Origin: a virus
IMG/VR virus record: IMGVR_UViG_3300032753_000003
Location: 96,001-160,000 of that record
Reading direction: 5' to 3' (one strand)
Length of the DNA stretch: 64,000 nucleotides
In this document: positions 7,545 to 15,936 of the stretch, one piece after another
Position numbering within the stretch: position 1 is the first letter of the stretch
Layout: each line of letters opens with the position of its first letter
Notes under the pieces: model-generated
Database searches by the model: none
What the model saw: only the letters and a program-made list of their open reading frames with translations
Told to the model about the DNA's origin: nothing
Translations under genes and position numbers: made by a program

Positions 7545-8998
7545 TAACTTGGGGTATAAGTGCAGGCGGTCACGATGCTGCTATAGCAGTTATCAAAGAT
7601 CAAGAGATAACGTGGGCTGCTCATAGCGAACGCTACAGCAAGGTTAAAGATTGTGATTGGCTAGATGTCAAGTTGATAGATGCTGCATTAGAATATGGTC
7701 GACCAGATAACATAGTTTGGCATGAACGCAATTGGCTAAAACGCACTAGAGAAATATTCATTGGAGATTGGGAAAGTGTATGGTCTTCGACACCCAAACA
7801 ACAGCTTAATGCGCTGGGATTAGGCAACATACCCATAAAATCTGTAAGTCATCATCACAGTCATGCAGCAGGTGGCTACTTCACAAGCGGTTTTACAAGT
7901 GCAGCTATATTGGTAGTAGATGCAGTGGGAGAATGGGAAACCATAACAGCATGGCATGCAACAGGAAACAACATCAGGAAGATAGCTAGTCTAAAATATC
8001 CGCAAAGTATGGGTATGTTCTACAGTGCTATGACACAGAGATGTGGATTTAAACCAAACGGCGAAGAATACATCATGATGGGTCTCAGCGCATTTGGAAA
8101 TTCTAACAATGTAGATTTGAGCGACATTATAACTGAAAATAAACATTGGCCTTTCTTTAGATTACAGCACAACTTGCATTGGGGTATTGGCGATTGGCAC
8201 ACAGAATATAACATAGCTGATATTGCCGCAGCAGCACAAGAAGCTTACACTTGTGTACTACTAAAAATCAGCAGTTGGTTAAAATCTTTAACTAACGAAC
8301 CCAATTTGGTACTAAGCGGTGGCTGTGCATTAAATTGCGTCGCTAATACAGCATTAGCCAAGCAAGGTCACTGGGATAATATCTGGATCATGCCAAATTC
8401 GGGAGACGCAGGTAATAGTTTAGGTGCGGCGGTGGCTTATTGTACGCAACATGTGCAATGGTCGGGACCTTACCTGGGGCACAACATAATAGGAGAATAT
8501 CCCGTAGACCTATTACTACAAGAATTGCTAGCAGGACGCCCTGTTGGAGTAGCAAATGGTAGAGCTGAGTTTGGTCCAAGAGCATTGGGTAATAGGAGCT
8601 TGTTAGTTGATCCTAGATTACCTGATATAAAATCAACATTAAACAAGCTAAAACATCGAGAAGAATTTAGACCTTTTGCACCAGTTATACTAGCAGAACA
8701 TGCTGCTAGCTGGTTTGAAGATATAGGTCAAGACCTAAGCTATATGCAATATGCCGTTAAGTGTTTGCGTCCAACTGAAATACCAGGGGTTGTACACGTA
8801 GACGGTACTAGCAGAGTGCAAACTGTAAAAATGAGTCAAAATTTTGGTTTGCATAGACTATTGTCAAAATGGTATGCAAAAACTGGATGTCCGGTATTAG
8901 TAAATACCAGTCTAAATTGCAAAGGCGAGCCGATAGTAAATGACTTGTACGATGCAAACAAATTTGAACAGACAACTGGTATTAGAGTATTAACCTAA
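7541..8998 (+). CDS. Carbamoyltransferase (NodU/CmcH/TobZ family)
   Basis: HDAA, HHHSHAAG, DAVGE, SGGCALNCVAN, EFGPRALGNRS, REEFRPFAP, NTSLN. Confidence 0.95.
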   Translation: MITWGISAGGHDAAIAVIKDQEITWAAHSERYSKVKDCDWLDVKLIDAALEYGRPDNIVWHERNWLKRTREIFIGDWESVWSSTPKQQLNALGLGNIPIKSVSHHHSHAAGGYFTSGFTSAAILVVDAVGEWETITAWHATGNNIRKIASLKYPQSMGMFYSAMTQRCGFKPNGEEYIMMGLSAFGNSNNVDLSDIITENKHWPFFRLQHNLHWGIGDWHTEYNIADIAAAAQEAYTCVLLKISSWLKSLTNEPNLVLSGGCALNCVANTALAKQGHWDNIWIMPNSGDAGNSLGAAVAYCTQHVQWSGPYLGHNIIGEYPVDLLLQELLAGRPVGVANGRAEFGPRALGNRSLLVDPRLPDIKSTLNKLKHREEFRPFAPVILAEHAASWFEDIGQDLSYMQYAVKCLRPTEIPGVVHVDGTSRVQTVKMSQNFGLHRLLSKWYAKTGCPVLVNTSLNCKGEPIVNDLYDANKFEQTTGIRVLT

Positions 8999-9008
8999 AG
9001 GTCATAGA

Positions 9009-9803
9009 ATGATATGCATGATTGGCAGTAGTTTCAGCAGAGGCGCACAAGGTGCAGACTATTATAATATAGACGCTTATATACACAACTTATTAGCAAA
9101 AGAACTAGATTGTGAAGTGGTCAACTTGGCAGTTCCGGGACACGGATGCGAACTATATCTAGAAAATTACATGATGGCTAGCAAGGAATACAAACCAAAA
9201 TTATTTTTAGCTGAGATATGGCTAGACAGAACATTTTGCAATTTATGGTTATCCACTCATGCTGCTAAAAAACATGCAGAATTATCTCCGCATGAATTAT
9301 ACTCAAATAGTTTTCCTATCGGTACCAATAATGGTCAACACTACGATCATAAAGATCTATGGGATTATAAATTGTTTAGGTATGATGACATAGATGATAG
9401 ATATCGGATGTTGTTTAATCAATTACCTATCTTGGCACACGATCCAAAAGAAATTTTAAACATGTATGAAAACCTAGGTGTATATCTCGAACACGATTGG
9501 GTTTTGACTCTGCGTACCATTAGATATCTCATGAGTGTTGAAAATGCAGCACAGCTAGTAGGTATTCCCGTGTTATGGTGGACTTATTTTGATATGCCAA
9601 TGTTCACAAAATTTTCAGATAGCTTGCCACCAGATAGACATCTTAATACATGGAGTGGTATTAATGTTGGTACTTGTCAATGGGCCAAACAAAAACTAAA
9701 CAGCAAGCATTTAGCAGACAAATGTCATTTGACTGCTCAAGCAGATACTATGGTAGTGAAGGAACTTATGGCACCATTCATACAACATCATTTGAAACAA
9801 TAG
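9009..9803 (+). CDS. SGNH hydrolase-like protein
   Basis: IGSSFS, NLAVPGHG, C-terminal DKCHL. Confidence 0.5.
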   Translation: MICMIGSSFSRGAQGADYYNIDAYIHNLLAKELDCEVVNLAVPGHGCELYLENYMMASKEYKPKLFLAEIWLDRTFCNLWLSTHAAKKHAELSPHELYSNSFPIGTNNGQHYDHKDLWDYKLFRYDDIDDRYRMLFNQLPILAHDPKEILNMYENLGVYLEHDWVLTLRTIRYLMSVENAAQLVGIPVLWWTYFDMPMFTKFSDSLPPDRHLNTWSGINVGTCQWAKQKLNSKHLADKCHLTAQADTMVVKELMAPFIQHHLKQ

Positions 9804-9942
9804 GTTGACAGCAATCTAAAAGATGCTATTGTATATGAGTAAATGCTGTTTGACAAATTAGAAAGCTTATGCTTTGCTAGAGTAAAGCACGCACTGTGTC
9901 GCGAAAGATCCAGTGAGCTAAGATAGACAGGTCTTGCTCACA

Positions 9943-10122
9943 AACTGTTTACGCCAGCAGCTGATAGACCCGGCCAGGTTGAATTGATGTTGGTAGTTTA
10001 AGTAGGCTGAAAACCGGAGAACGAGGTTAGGTGCAAGCTCCACAGCAAGGCTCTAACTAGGGATCCAATTGCAGAGATTCGAGACACTCTGCCCAATGTT
10101 TCAGCTGCCGGCGTAAACAGTT
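9943..10122 (+). ncRNA. Unknown ~180-nt structured RNA
   Basis: 22-bp terminal stem 9943-9964/10101-10122 (one mismatch); internal T-arm-like hairpin GCAGAG-ATTCGAGACA-CTCTGC. Confidence 0.6.
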
Positions 10123-10187
10123 ATGTAAAAAATTATAGTCCAAAAAAGATTAATGTATTATAATATAAATATCGTAACTTGAGTTTT

Positions 10188-10265
10188 CAGGGTATCGCCT
10201 AGCCTGGTATGGCACCAGTTTTGGGTACTGGAATAACGGTGGTTCGAATCCGCCTACCCTGACCA
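10188..10265 (+). tRNA. tRNA-Pro(UGG)
   Basis: C1:G72, A73, loop TTTGGGT, CCA; TATAAATA at 10164. Confidence 0.92.
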
Positions 10266-10273
10266 ATAATAAT

Positions 10274-10349
10274 GGGGCCTTAGCTCATTCAGGAGAGCGC
10301 CTGCTTTGCAAGCAGGGGGTGGTCGGGGCAGAGCCGACAGGCTCCACCA
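10274..10349 (+). tRNA. tRNA-Ala(UGC), T-loop GGCAGAG
   Basis: G3:U70, loop TTTGCAA, CCA. Confidence 0.85.
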
Positions 10350-10396
10350 TTATTTTATTATTCAAAACCATTTACTCATCAAAAAATTTAACAAAC

Positions 10397-10471
10397 GGTT
10401 CCATAGTGTACTGGTGCGCACAACGGTCTGTCTAATCGTTAGAGGGGGTTCAAATCCCTCTGGGATCGCCA
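10397..10471 (+). tRNA. tRNA-Asp(GUC)
   Basis: Loop CTGTCTA, G73, CCA. Confidence 0.9.
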
Positions 10472-10541
10472 ACGAATATATTGACATATAGACGTTTTTA
10501 AGTAACTATATATTATAATTTAATTTTAGGAAAGGTGCATT

Positions 10542-10804
10542 ATGTCAGAAAACGATAACAAGATCAAGGTCATATTTGCACCAGGTGCATTTGATAATTT
10601 CGAAGGCACTCAATAGAAGAACTCGAAGAGATAATTCAAGAGATTACAGCTATGGCCAAAATCGGCGAGCTAATAGATCACGCAAGGTTGATAAATGAAG
10701 ACGATTTCAATGATATTCCTGATGATGTTATAATGCAGTTGGCAAGCGGATTTGGCCTTATCGAAGACGAAGAAGTTGAAACTCGCAAGAGACCATTAAA
10801 TTAA
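10542..10804 (+). pseudogene. Acidic hypothetical protein, frameshifted at 10614
   Basis: ...FAPGAFDNFEGTQ* then EELEEIIQEI... resumes two nucleotides later. Confidence 0.6.
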
Positions 10805-10808
10805 GAAT

Positions 10809-11549
10809 ATGTACGGCGGTGTGAAGAAACAACTTTGTGGTAAATGCTACAAAGAAATATCAGTTAATAACTTCAACCGGCATTACATATCATGCCTGGC
10901 ATCTGTACCTAAAAAAATACGCGGTATCGACTTTGATCCAAATATAGGATTTAAAAATGGTACAAGGCATGCATGGAACAAAGGATTATCTAAAAATACA
11001 GATAATAGAGTTTTAAAGAACGGGCTGGCTTTAAAGGGGCATCCAAACATTGGTAAATGTGCCGATCCAGAAAAAGAAAAACAACGTATATGTAAATTAT
11101 CTGTTAATGCTAAAAAGCAAGGTTTTGGAGGATACAATAAAAATGCAGGCCATTCTAAAAAATTTAAATATCAAGATAGCTTTGGTAATATTGTAACACT
11201 ACAATCAACCTACGAATTAGATACTGCTAAACTATTAGATAGTTTAAATATTAAATGGATAAGACCATCTTATTTGACATATTATAATAAAAAGTATTAT
11301 CCAGATTTTTTATTAGTTGATTATAACATATATTTAGATCCAAAAAACTCATATCTGGCAATAAAGGATAAAGATAAAATACGACTTGCATCTGAACAGA
11401 ACAATGTTAAAATATTCATACTAGAACAGACGCAAATAAACAAAGAATATATAAACACTATATTGGCGCGTAACTCAGCGGTAGAGTGCAATCCTGATAA
11501 GATTGAAGTCGGTGGTTCAACTCCATCCGCGCCAACCAACTACATGTGA
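10809..11549 (+). CDS. Putative homing endonuclease (PD-(D/E)XK type); 3' end runs through tRNA-Ile
   Basis: N-terminal CxxC; QSTYE...IKWIRP...YYPDF...YLDPKN. Confidence 0.7.
   Translation: MYGGVKKQLCGKCYKEISVNNFNRHYISCLASVPKKIRGIDFDPNIGFKNGTRHAWNKGLSKNTDNRVLKNGLALKGHPNIGKCADPEKEKQRICKLSVNAKKQGFGGYNKNAGHSKKFKYQDSFGNIVTLQSTYELDTAKLLDSLNIKWIRPSYLTYYNKKYYPDFLLVDYNIYLDPKNSYLAIKDKDKIRLASEQNNVKIFILEQTQINKEYINTILARNSAVECNPDKIEVGGSTPSAPTNYM
11464..11538 (+). tRNA. tRNA-Ile(GAU)
   Basis: Loop CTGATAA, A73, CCA. Confidence 0.9.
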
Positions 11550-11664
11550 GAAACGCATTTGGTAATGCAGCACAGGCATGTGCGTCCTGAGGTTCAATTC
11601 CTTTTGTGTCTCTGCAAGAGATGCTAGTTTGGAACAGTGCAAGTTCGATTCTTGCTGCTCACAT
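11544..11664 (+). ncRNA. tRNA-like RNA with multibranched insert in the anticodon arm
   Basis: Acceptor ATGTGAG/CTCACAT, D-arm GCAT-TTGGTA-ATGC, two T-like loops (TTCAATT, TTCGATT); no CCA. Confidence 0.5.
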
Positions 11665-11743
11665 TTTATTTAGACAACATTGTTATATGAATTTATAATA
11701 ATGATATTGGGAGAGTACTTAAAATACAAAAGTAGAGTATAGA

Positions 11744-11828
11744 TCGGGGATAGTTTAATTGGTAAAACTTCGGACTTTGACTCCGATAACAGATAATGCT
11801 AGTGCAGGTTCGAATCCTGCTCCCCGAT
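11744..11828 (+). tRNA. tRNA-Gln(UUG), no encoded CCA, acceptor stem extended
   Basis: Loop CTTTGAC, same long V insert as the other Gln genes, flanking 11-bp inverted repeat. Confidence 0.75.
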
Positions 11829-11907
11829 CTATACTCTATTATGATTCATTGATATAATCGAACCTTCAATTATATTGTGTATAAATACATTATATTGAGG
11901 TTCAATT

Positions 11908-12543
11908 ATGACAAAAATATGTCCCAAATGTTTTACTGAGTTTGATCCGGGTAAATAGAACAAATTATTTTGTTCTAGAAAATGCGCAAATAGTAGAGTA
12001 TTTTCATCAGAAACTAATAGCAGGCGTTCCGTTAGCGTTAAACTTGCAAGGTCTAAATTTAGTAATGACGAGTTACAAGAAATTGCACAAAAACGATTAA
12101 GATCTTATAGGAAAACAAAGCCAGAAATACATTGTAAATGCGGCAAAAAAATTTCAAGATCTAATAAACATAAAATGTGTATAGATTGTTATCGACAAAG
12201 CGATGTATTTTTAGAAGTGTGCGGGCATTATCATAAAAATTATAAACGTATGAAAGTAATTGATTCATTTGGTAACAACGTATTATTGTTGTCATCTTTA
12301 GAAATAAAATATTTTCAATATCTTTCTAACAACCATATAAAATGGATGAAACCTCCTGCTATCAAATACACAGATAATATAGGAAAGACACATATATATT
12401 TTGCAGATTTTTACTTAGTTGATACTAACGAAACAATTGAAGTAAAGGGATATTGGTGGAATAACGATAAACAGAAGATGAAATGGGTTATTGAACAACA
12501 TCCAGAATTAAATATAAAAATTTTAACAAGAAAAGATATTTAA
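11908..12543 (+). pseudogene. PD-(D/E)XK homing endonuclease with in-frame TAG at 11956-11958
   Basis: MTKICPKC...GK*NKLFCSRKCANSR in frame with YFADFYL...IEVKG; TATAAATA at 11880 and an RBS precede ATG 11908. Confidence 0.7.
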
Positions 12544-12601
12544 TATATTTGCCAAAAATTCAGTTGCACTAATAGATGCAACGTGTATAATAAACGTATA
12601 G

Positions 12602-12686
12602 GCCCGCTTGGTGGAATTGGTAGACATAAGGGACTTAAAATCCCTCGCTTAATAGCATGCCGGTTCGAGTCCGGCAGCGGGCACCA
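12602..12686 (+). tRNA. tRNA-Leu(UAA)
   Basis: Loop CTTAAAA, V-arm, CCA. Confidence 0.92.
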
Positions 12687-12705
12687 AACTTAACAGGAAC
12701 AGCAG

Positions 12706-13158
12706 ATGACTGCCACAGAGAATCTCAACAAATGGGACAAGCGATTCATTGAACTAGCCAACCATGTGTCAACATGGAGCAAGGATCCGCGTACCAAAGT
12801 TGGTGCAGTGGTTGTGTCGCCTGACCGCAGAGTCATCAGTCTTGGTTACAATGGGTTCCCCCGTGGTGTTGAGGATACTGATGAGCGATTGACAGATAGA
12901 GCCACCAAATTGAGATTTGTAGCCCATGCTGAGCGCAATGCTCTGGACAACTGTGATCAGAACATGCGAGATTGCACCATGTATGTCACGCTGCAACCCT
13001 GTGCCGAATGCACCAAGAGCATTATACAAAGGGGTATCAAGCGAGTGATCTGCATACTGGATCATTCACGACCTGAGTATGTAGCTGATTTTGTAGATTA
13101 CAGTGCAGCAATGATGCAGGAAGCTGGCGTTGAAGTAGTGAGTATTGATATAACCTGA
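12706..13158 (+). CDS. comEB: dCMP deaminase
   Basis: WSKDP..KVGAV, GYNGFPRG, HAERNA, PCAEC. Confidence 0.93.
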   Translation: MTATENLNKWDKRFIELANHVSTWSKDPRTKVGAVVVSPDRRVISLGYNGFPRGVEDTDERLTDRATKLRFVAHAERNALDNCDQNMRDCTMYVTLQPCAECTKSIIQRGIKRVICILDHSRPEYVADFVDYSAAMMQEAGVEVVSIDIT

Positions 13159-13193
13159 GTAAGTGTTGTTAGAGGCACGCTGGTCTGTGGAAA
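13154..13193 (+). pseudogene. 5' half of tRNA-His(GUG)
   Basis: D-arm and loop CTGTGGA present; 3' half replaced by a TTGACA promoter segment. Confidence 0.5.
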
Positions 13194-13236
13194 CAAACTG
13201 GTTGACAGCATGTGTAAACGTGCTATTGTAAGACAT

Positions 13237-13312
13237 GGACTGGTAGTATAACGGTTAATGCGCCCGCCTCATAAGCGGTCCTATGTAGGTTCGAATCCTA
13301 CCCGGTCCACCA
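13237..13312 (+). tRNA. tRNA-CAU (Met or Ile2)
   Basis: Loop CTCATAA; same acceptor stem as 4832; CCA. Confidence 0.85.
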
Positions 13313-13319
13313 AAGTTTA

Positions 13320-13400
13320 GCCCCGTCAACGTGGGATGCGTCGGTCCAGAGGTAACGTTACTGGACTGGGAGTGCGGTTCAAATCCGACGCGGGGCGCCA
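13320..13400 (+). ncRNA. tRNA-like RNA with 11-nt anticodon-position loop
   Basis: Acceptor GCCCCG/CGGGGC plus GCCA, T-arm CGG-TTCAAAT-CCG, GTCCAG/CTGGAC stem. Confidence 0.5.
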
Positions 13401-13458
13401 AAGTTTTAACTGTTAATCCGTTTATGGTATAAATACTATATTAAATGGATTAACAGTT

Positions 13459-14136
13459 ATGGATTATCAAAGTCATTATAATCGCCTAATAGGACGAGCT
13501 AGAGTGCGATCATTGTCCGGTTATGGCGAAAAGCACCACATACTTCCGCGATGCATGGGAGGAGATGATAGCGACGGTAATCTGGTTACTCTTACAGCCA
13601 GAGAGCACTTTATCGCACATCTGCTTTTAGTTAAGATATATGGTAACGATTTTAGATTGATCAAAGCAGCGGCAATGATGTGTATGGGTCAAGACCAACG
13701 CAAGATGAATAACAAGCTCTACAGCAAATTTAGAGAGTTATGGCGAGCAGCTATGTCTGATAGCCAAACAGGTCAAGGTAACTCGCAATGGGGCACTAAA
13801 TGGATTTACAGCGATACTCTCAAATTATCTCGGAAAATTCCTAAAGAACAAGATATACCGAATGGATGGAATTTAGGTAGGATAGTGAACTTTGATAAGA
13901 AACCTCGGCCGTTACCAACTAAAGATAAACGACGAGATATAATAAGAGAGAAAAATACTGCGCTGGCAAGAAACCTGTACAATAGTTATGTAAATGGTAA
14001 TTTTGTATCGATAAGAGACTTTTGTAGGTTAGGAAATTATACAAAATCGCATGTATCTTTAACAAAGATGTGGAAAAAGTTTATTCCTGAATTCGCTGAT
14101 AATGTTAAACCAGGAAAAAGGTTTATTCCTAAGTAG
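13459..14136 (+). CDS. HNH homing endonuclease; overlaps 5' end of tRNA-Asn
   Basis: EKHHILPRCMGG...NLVTLTAREHFIAHLLL; TATAAATA at 13428. Confidence 0.88.
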   Translation: MDYQSHYNRLIGRARVRSLSGYGEKHHILPRCMGGDDSDGNLVTLTAREHFIAHLLLVKIYGNDFRLIKAAAMMCMGQDQRKMNNKLYSKFRELWRAAMSDSQTGQGNSQWGTKWIYSDTLKLSRKIPKEQDIPNGWNLGRIVNFDKKPRPLPTKDKRRDIIREKNTALARNLYNSYVNGNFVSIRDFCRLGNYTKSHVSLTKMWKKFIPEFADNVKPGKRFIPK

Positions 14137-14202
14137 CACAACTGGTAGTGCGCCGCACTGTTAATGCGGAGGTTGCTGGATCGTACCCAGCCTTAGGAGC
14201 CA
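14127..14202 (+). tRNA. tRNA-Asn(GUU)
   Basis: Loop CTGTTAA, T-loop ATCGTAC, CCA. Confidence 0.85.
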
Positions 14203-14337
14203 ATTGGCAAGGGGAACAACCGGGCAGTCCGGCGTGAAGAACGCATGGCAACGCGGCCCCTTGCTGCTGAGGTTAGAGGGTTGTAGGTGACCTGTACGGA
14301 CTGGGAACCTTCAAACACATTATAAATATGTGTATAC

Positions 14338-14426
14338 GGAGGGTTATCAAGCCTGGGATGCTTGCACGGTCTTGAAAACCGTCGGAACCTTTGGGTCAGG
14401 AGTTCGATTCTGCCAGCCCTCCGCCA
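14338..14426 (+). tRNA. tRNA-Ser(UGA)
   Basis: Loop CTTGAAA, V-arm, G73, CCA; TATAAATA at 14321. Confidence 0.88.
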
Positions 14427-14444
14427 TTAATTCAAATGTTATGT

Positions 14445-14537
14445 GGAAGAGAAACTAGCTGGGAGCTAGTACTGATTGGAAATCAGTGGGGACCGTATCT
14501 GTTACGGTCTGCGGATCGAGACCGCTCTCTTCCTCCA
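14445..14537 (+). tRNA. tRNA-Ser(GGA)
   Basis: Loop TTGGAAA, long V-arm, T-loop ATCGAGA, U73. Confidence 0.75.
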
Positions 14538-14543
14538 CTATGC

Positions 14544-14635
14544 GGAAAAGTATCTCAGGTGGCCCTAGGTACGGCGTCGAATACCGTCAGTACCTTTGGT
14601 TTGGTATGGAGATCGACACTACCACTTTTCCACCA
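14544..14635 (+). tRNA. Degenerate tRNA-Ser(CGA)-like gene
   Basis: Acceptor GGAAAAG/CTTTTCC plus ACCA, loop GTCGAAT, imperfect stems. Confidence 0.5.
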
Positions 14636-14646
14636 TAAATATCAAC

Positions 14647-15792
14647 ATGTCAGATAAACCATTTTGTATATGGCCTTGGTTCCATCAAACTGTCAAAACT
14701 AACGGAAATGTTACACCGTGCGTGGTATGGAATGAAGATATTGATTCAGTTAACTATGAAAATTTTATCACCAGTCAGTTTATGCAATCTCTAAGAGATT
14801 CATTTAGACAGGGTATTCCGCATGAAAAATGCAAAAGATGTGTATATCTAGATAAATTTTCAGATTTAAGTGTTAGACGGTGGGGGTTTAATGTAGCCGA
14901 TTCTATTGGTATTGGCGAGTTTGAAGCATTAGATGCTACGTCAAATTTAATAGTACAAAGCCAAGATGTCAACTTGAGTAATGTATGCAATTTAAAGTGC
15001 AGAACTTGTAACCAAACCCGTAGTACTAAATGGATGTCTGATGCAGTAGCAATGGGAGAAAAACCAGTTGGTCTATTACGATCAAATTGGTCATTGACTA
15101 CAGAACAAGCAATTAAAATCAAACGACTTAGATTTCCGGGCGGTGAGCCGCTGTTGCACCAGGACATAATATGCAATGAATTAAATAAGATTAAAAAATT
15201 TGGTACTATATCCGAGTTTGTATTGCATTTAACAACTAATATGACAATACCATTCTCAAATGAACTTGTAGAATTAATGAAAGACACAAAGCAAACATTT
15301 ATAAGCTGTAGTGTAGATGGCGTTGGTAAGATAAACAATTATATAAGGTCAGACAGCAAATGGGAAACAATTGAAAGTAATATATTCGCGCTTGAAAAAA
15401 TATGTGTTGAAAACAACAACATAATTTTTGATATCAGTACGGTATACAGTGTATTCAATTCTAACTCGTTAGATGAATTGATAAATTGGACACATAGAAA
15501 TAATTTCAAGCACGGATTAATAATATTAGATCGCCCAACTATACATGATGCGAGAAATTTACCTGTTGATTACAAGAATCTTTTAATTGACAGATACAAA
15601 GATACATTAAAAAAATTCCCAAATCATATCCAATTAATTGAATCAGTTATAACACATCTCAGTAACTCCCCGATAATAGATATTAGCAGTTGGAAAGAAC
15701 AATTTAAGAAACATAATGACTTTTTAGATTATAGACGAAATTCTAAATTAGAAGATGTAAATTTAGAATTATCTTTTATTGTAAATAATTGA
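14647..15792 (+). CDS. Radical SAM protein with N-terminal SPASM/twitch-like region
   Basis: FCIWPW; CNLKCRTC (CxxxCxxC); PGGEPLL; SVDG. Confidence 0.88.
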   Translation: MSDKPFCIWPWFHQTVKTNGNVTPCVVWNEDIDSVNYENFITSQFMQSLRDSFRQGIPHEKCKRCVYLDKFSDLSVRRWGFNVADSIGIGEFEALDATSNLIVQSQDVNLSNVCNLKCRTCNQTRSTKWMSDAVAMGEKPVGLLRSNWSLTTEQAIKIKRLRFPGGEPLLHQDIICNELNKIKKFGTISEFVLHLTTNMTIPFSNELVELMKDTKQTFISCSVDGVGKINNYIRSDSKWETIESNIFALEKICVENNNIIFDISTVYSVFNSNSLDELINWTHRNNFKHGLIILDRPTIHDARNLPVDYKNLLIDRYKDTLKKFPNHIQLIESVITHLSNSPIIDISSWKEQFKKHNDFLDYRRNSKLEDVNLELSFIVNN

Positions 15793-15815
15793 CATAATAT
15801 AATAATATTTTATAT

Positions 15816-15918
15816 GCGGGTGTAGCTCAGCGGTAGAGCGCAACCTTGCCTAAGCACATTCTGAGCAGTGTGCTTAACAAGGTTGATGTCGAGAGTTCGA
15901 TCCTCTTCGCCCGCTCCA
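15816..15918 (+). tRNA. tRNA-Gly(GCC) with 28-nt hairpin insert in the anticodon loop
   Basis: U73 and CCA; CAACC-TTGCC[15851-15878]AA-GGTTG. Confidence 0.85.
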
Positions 15919-15936
15919 TTCTTTAGTAAATAGTTG

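Noticed and set aside
5718-10122. tmRNA, RNase P or SRP identity for the ~180-190 nt RNAs
   Set aside because: No GGGG...UCCACCA Ala-type ends, no GAGGAAAGUCC and no SRP GGAAG helix-8 motif were found.
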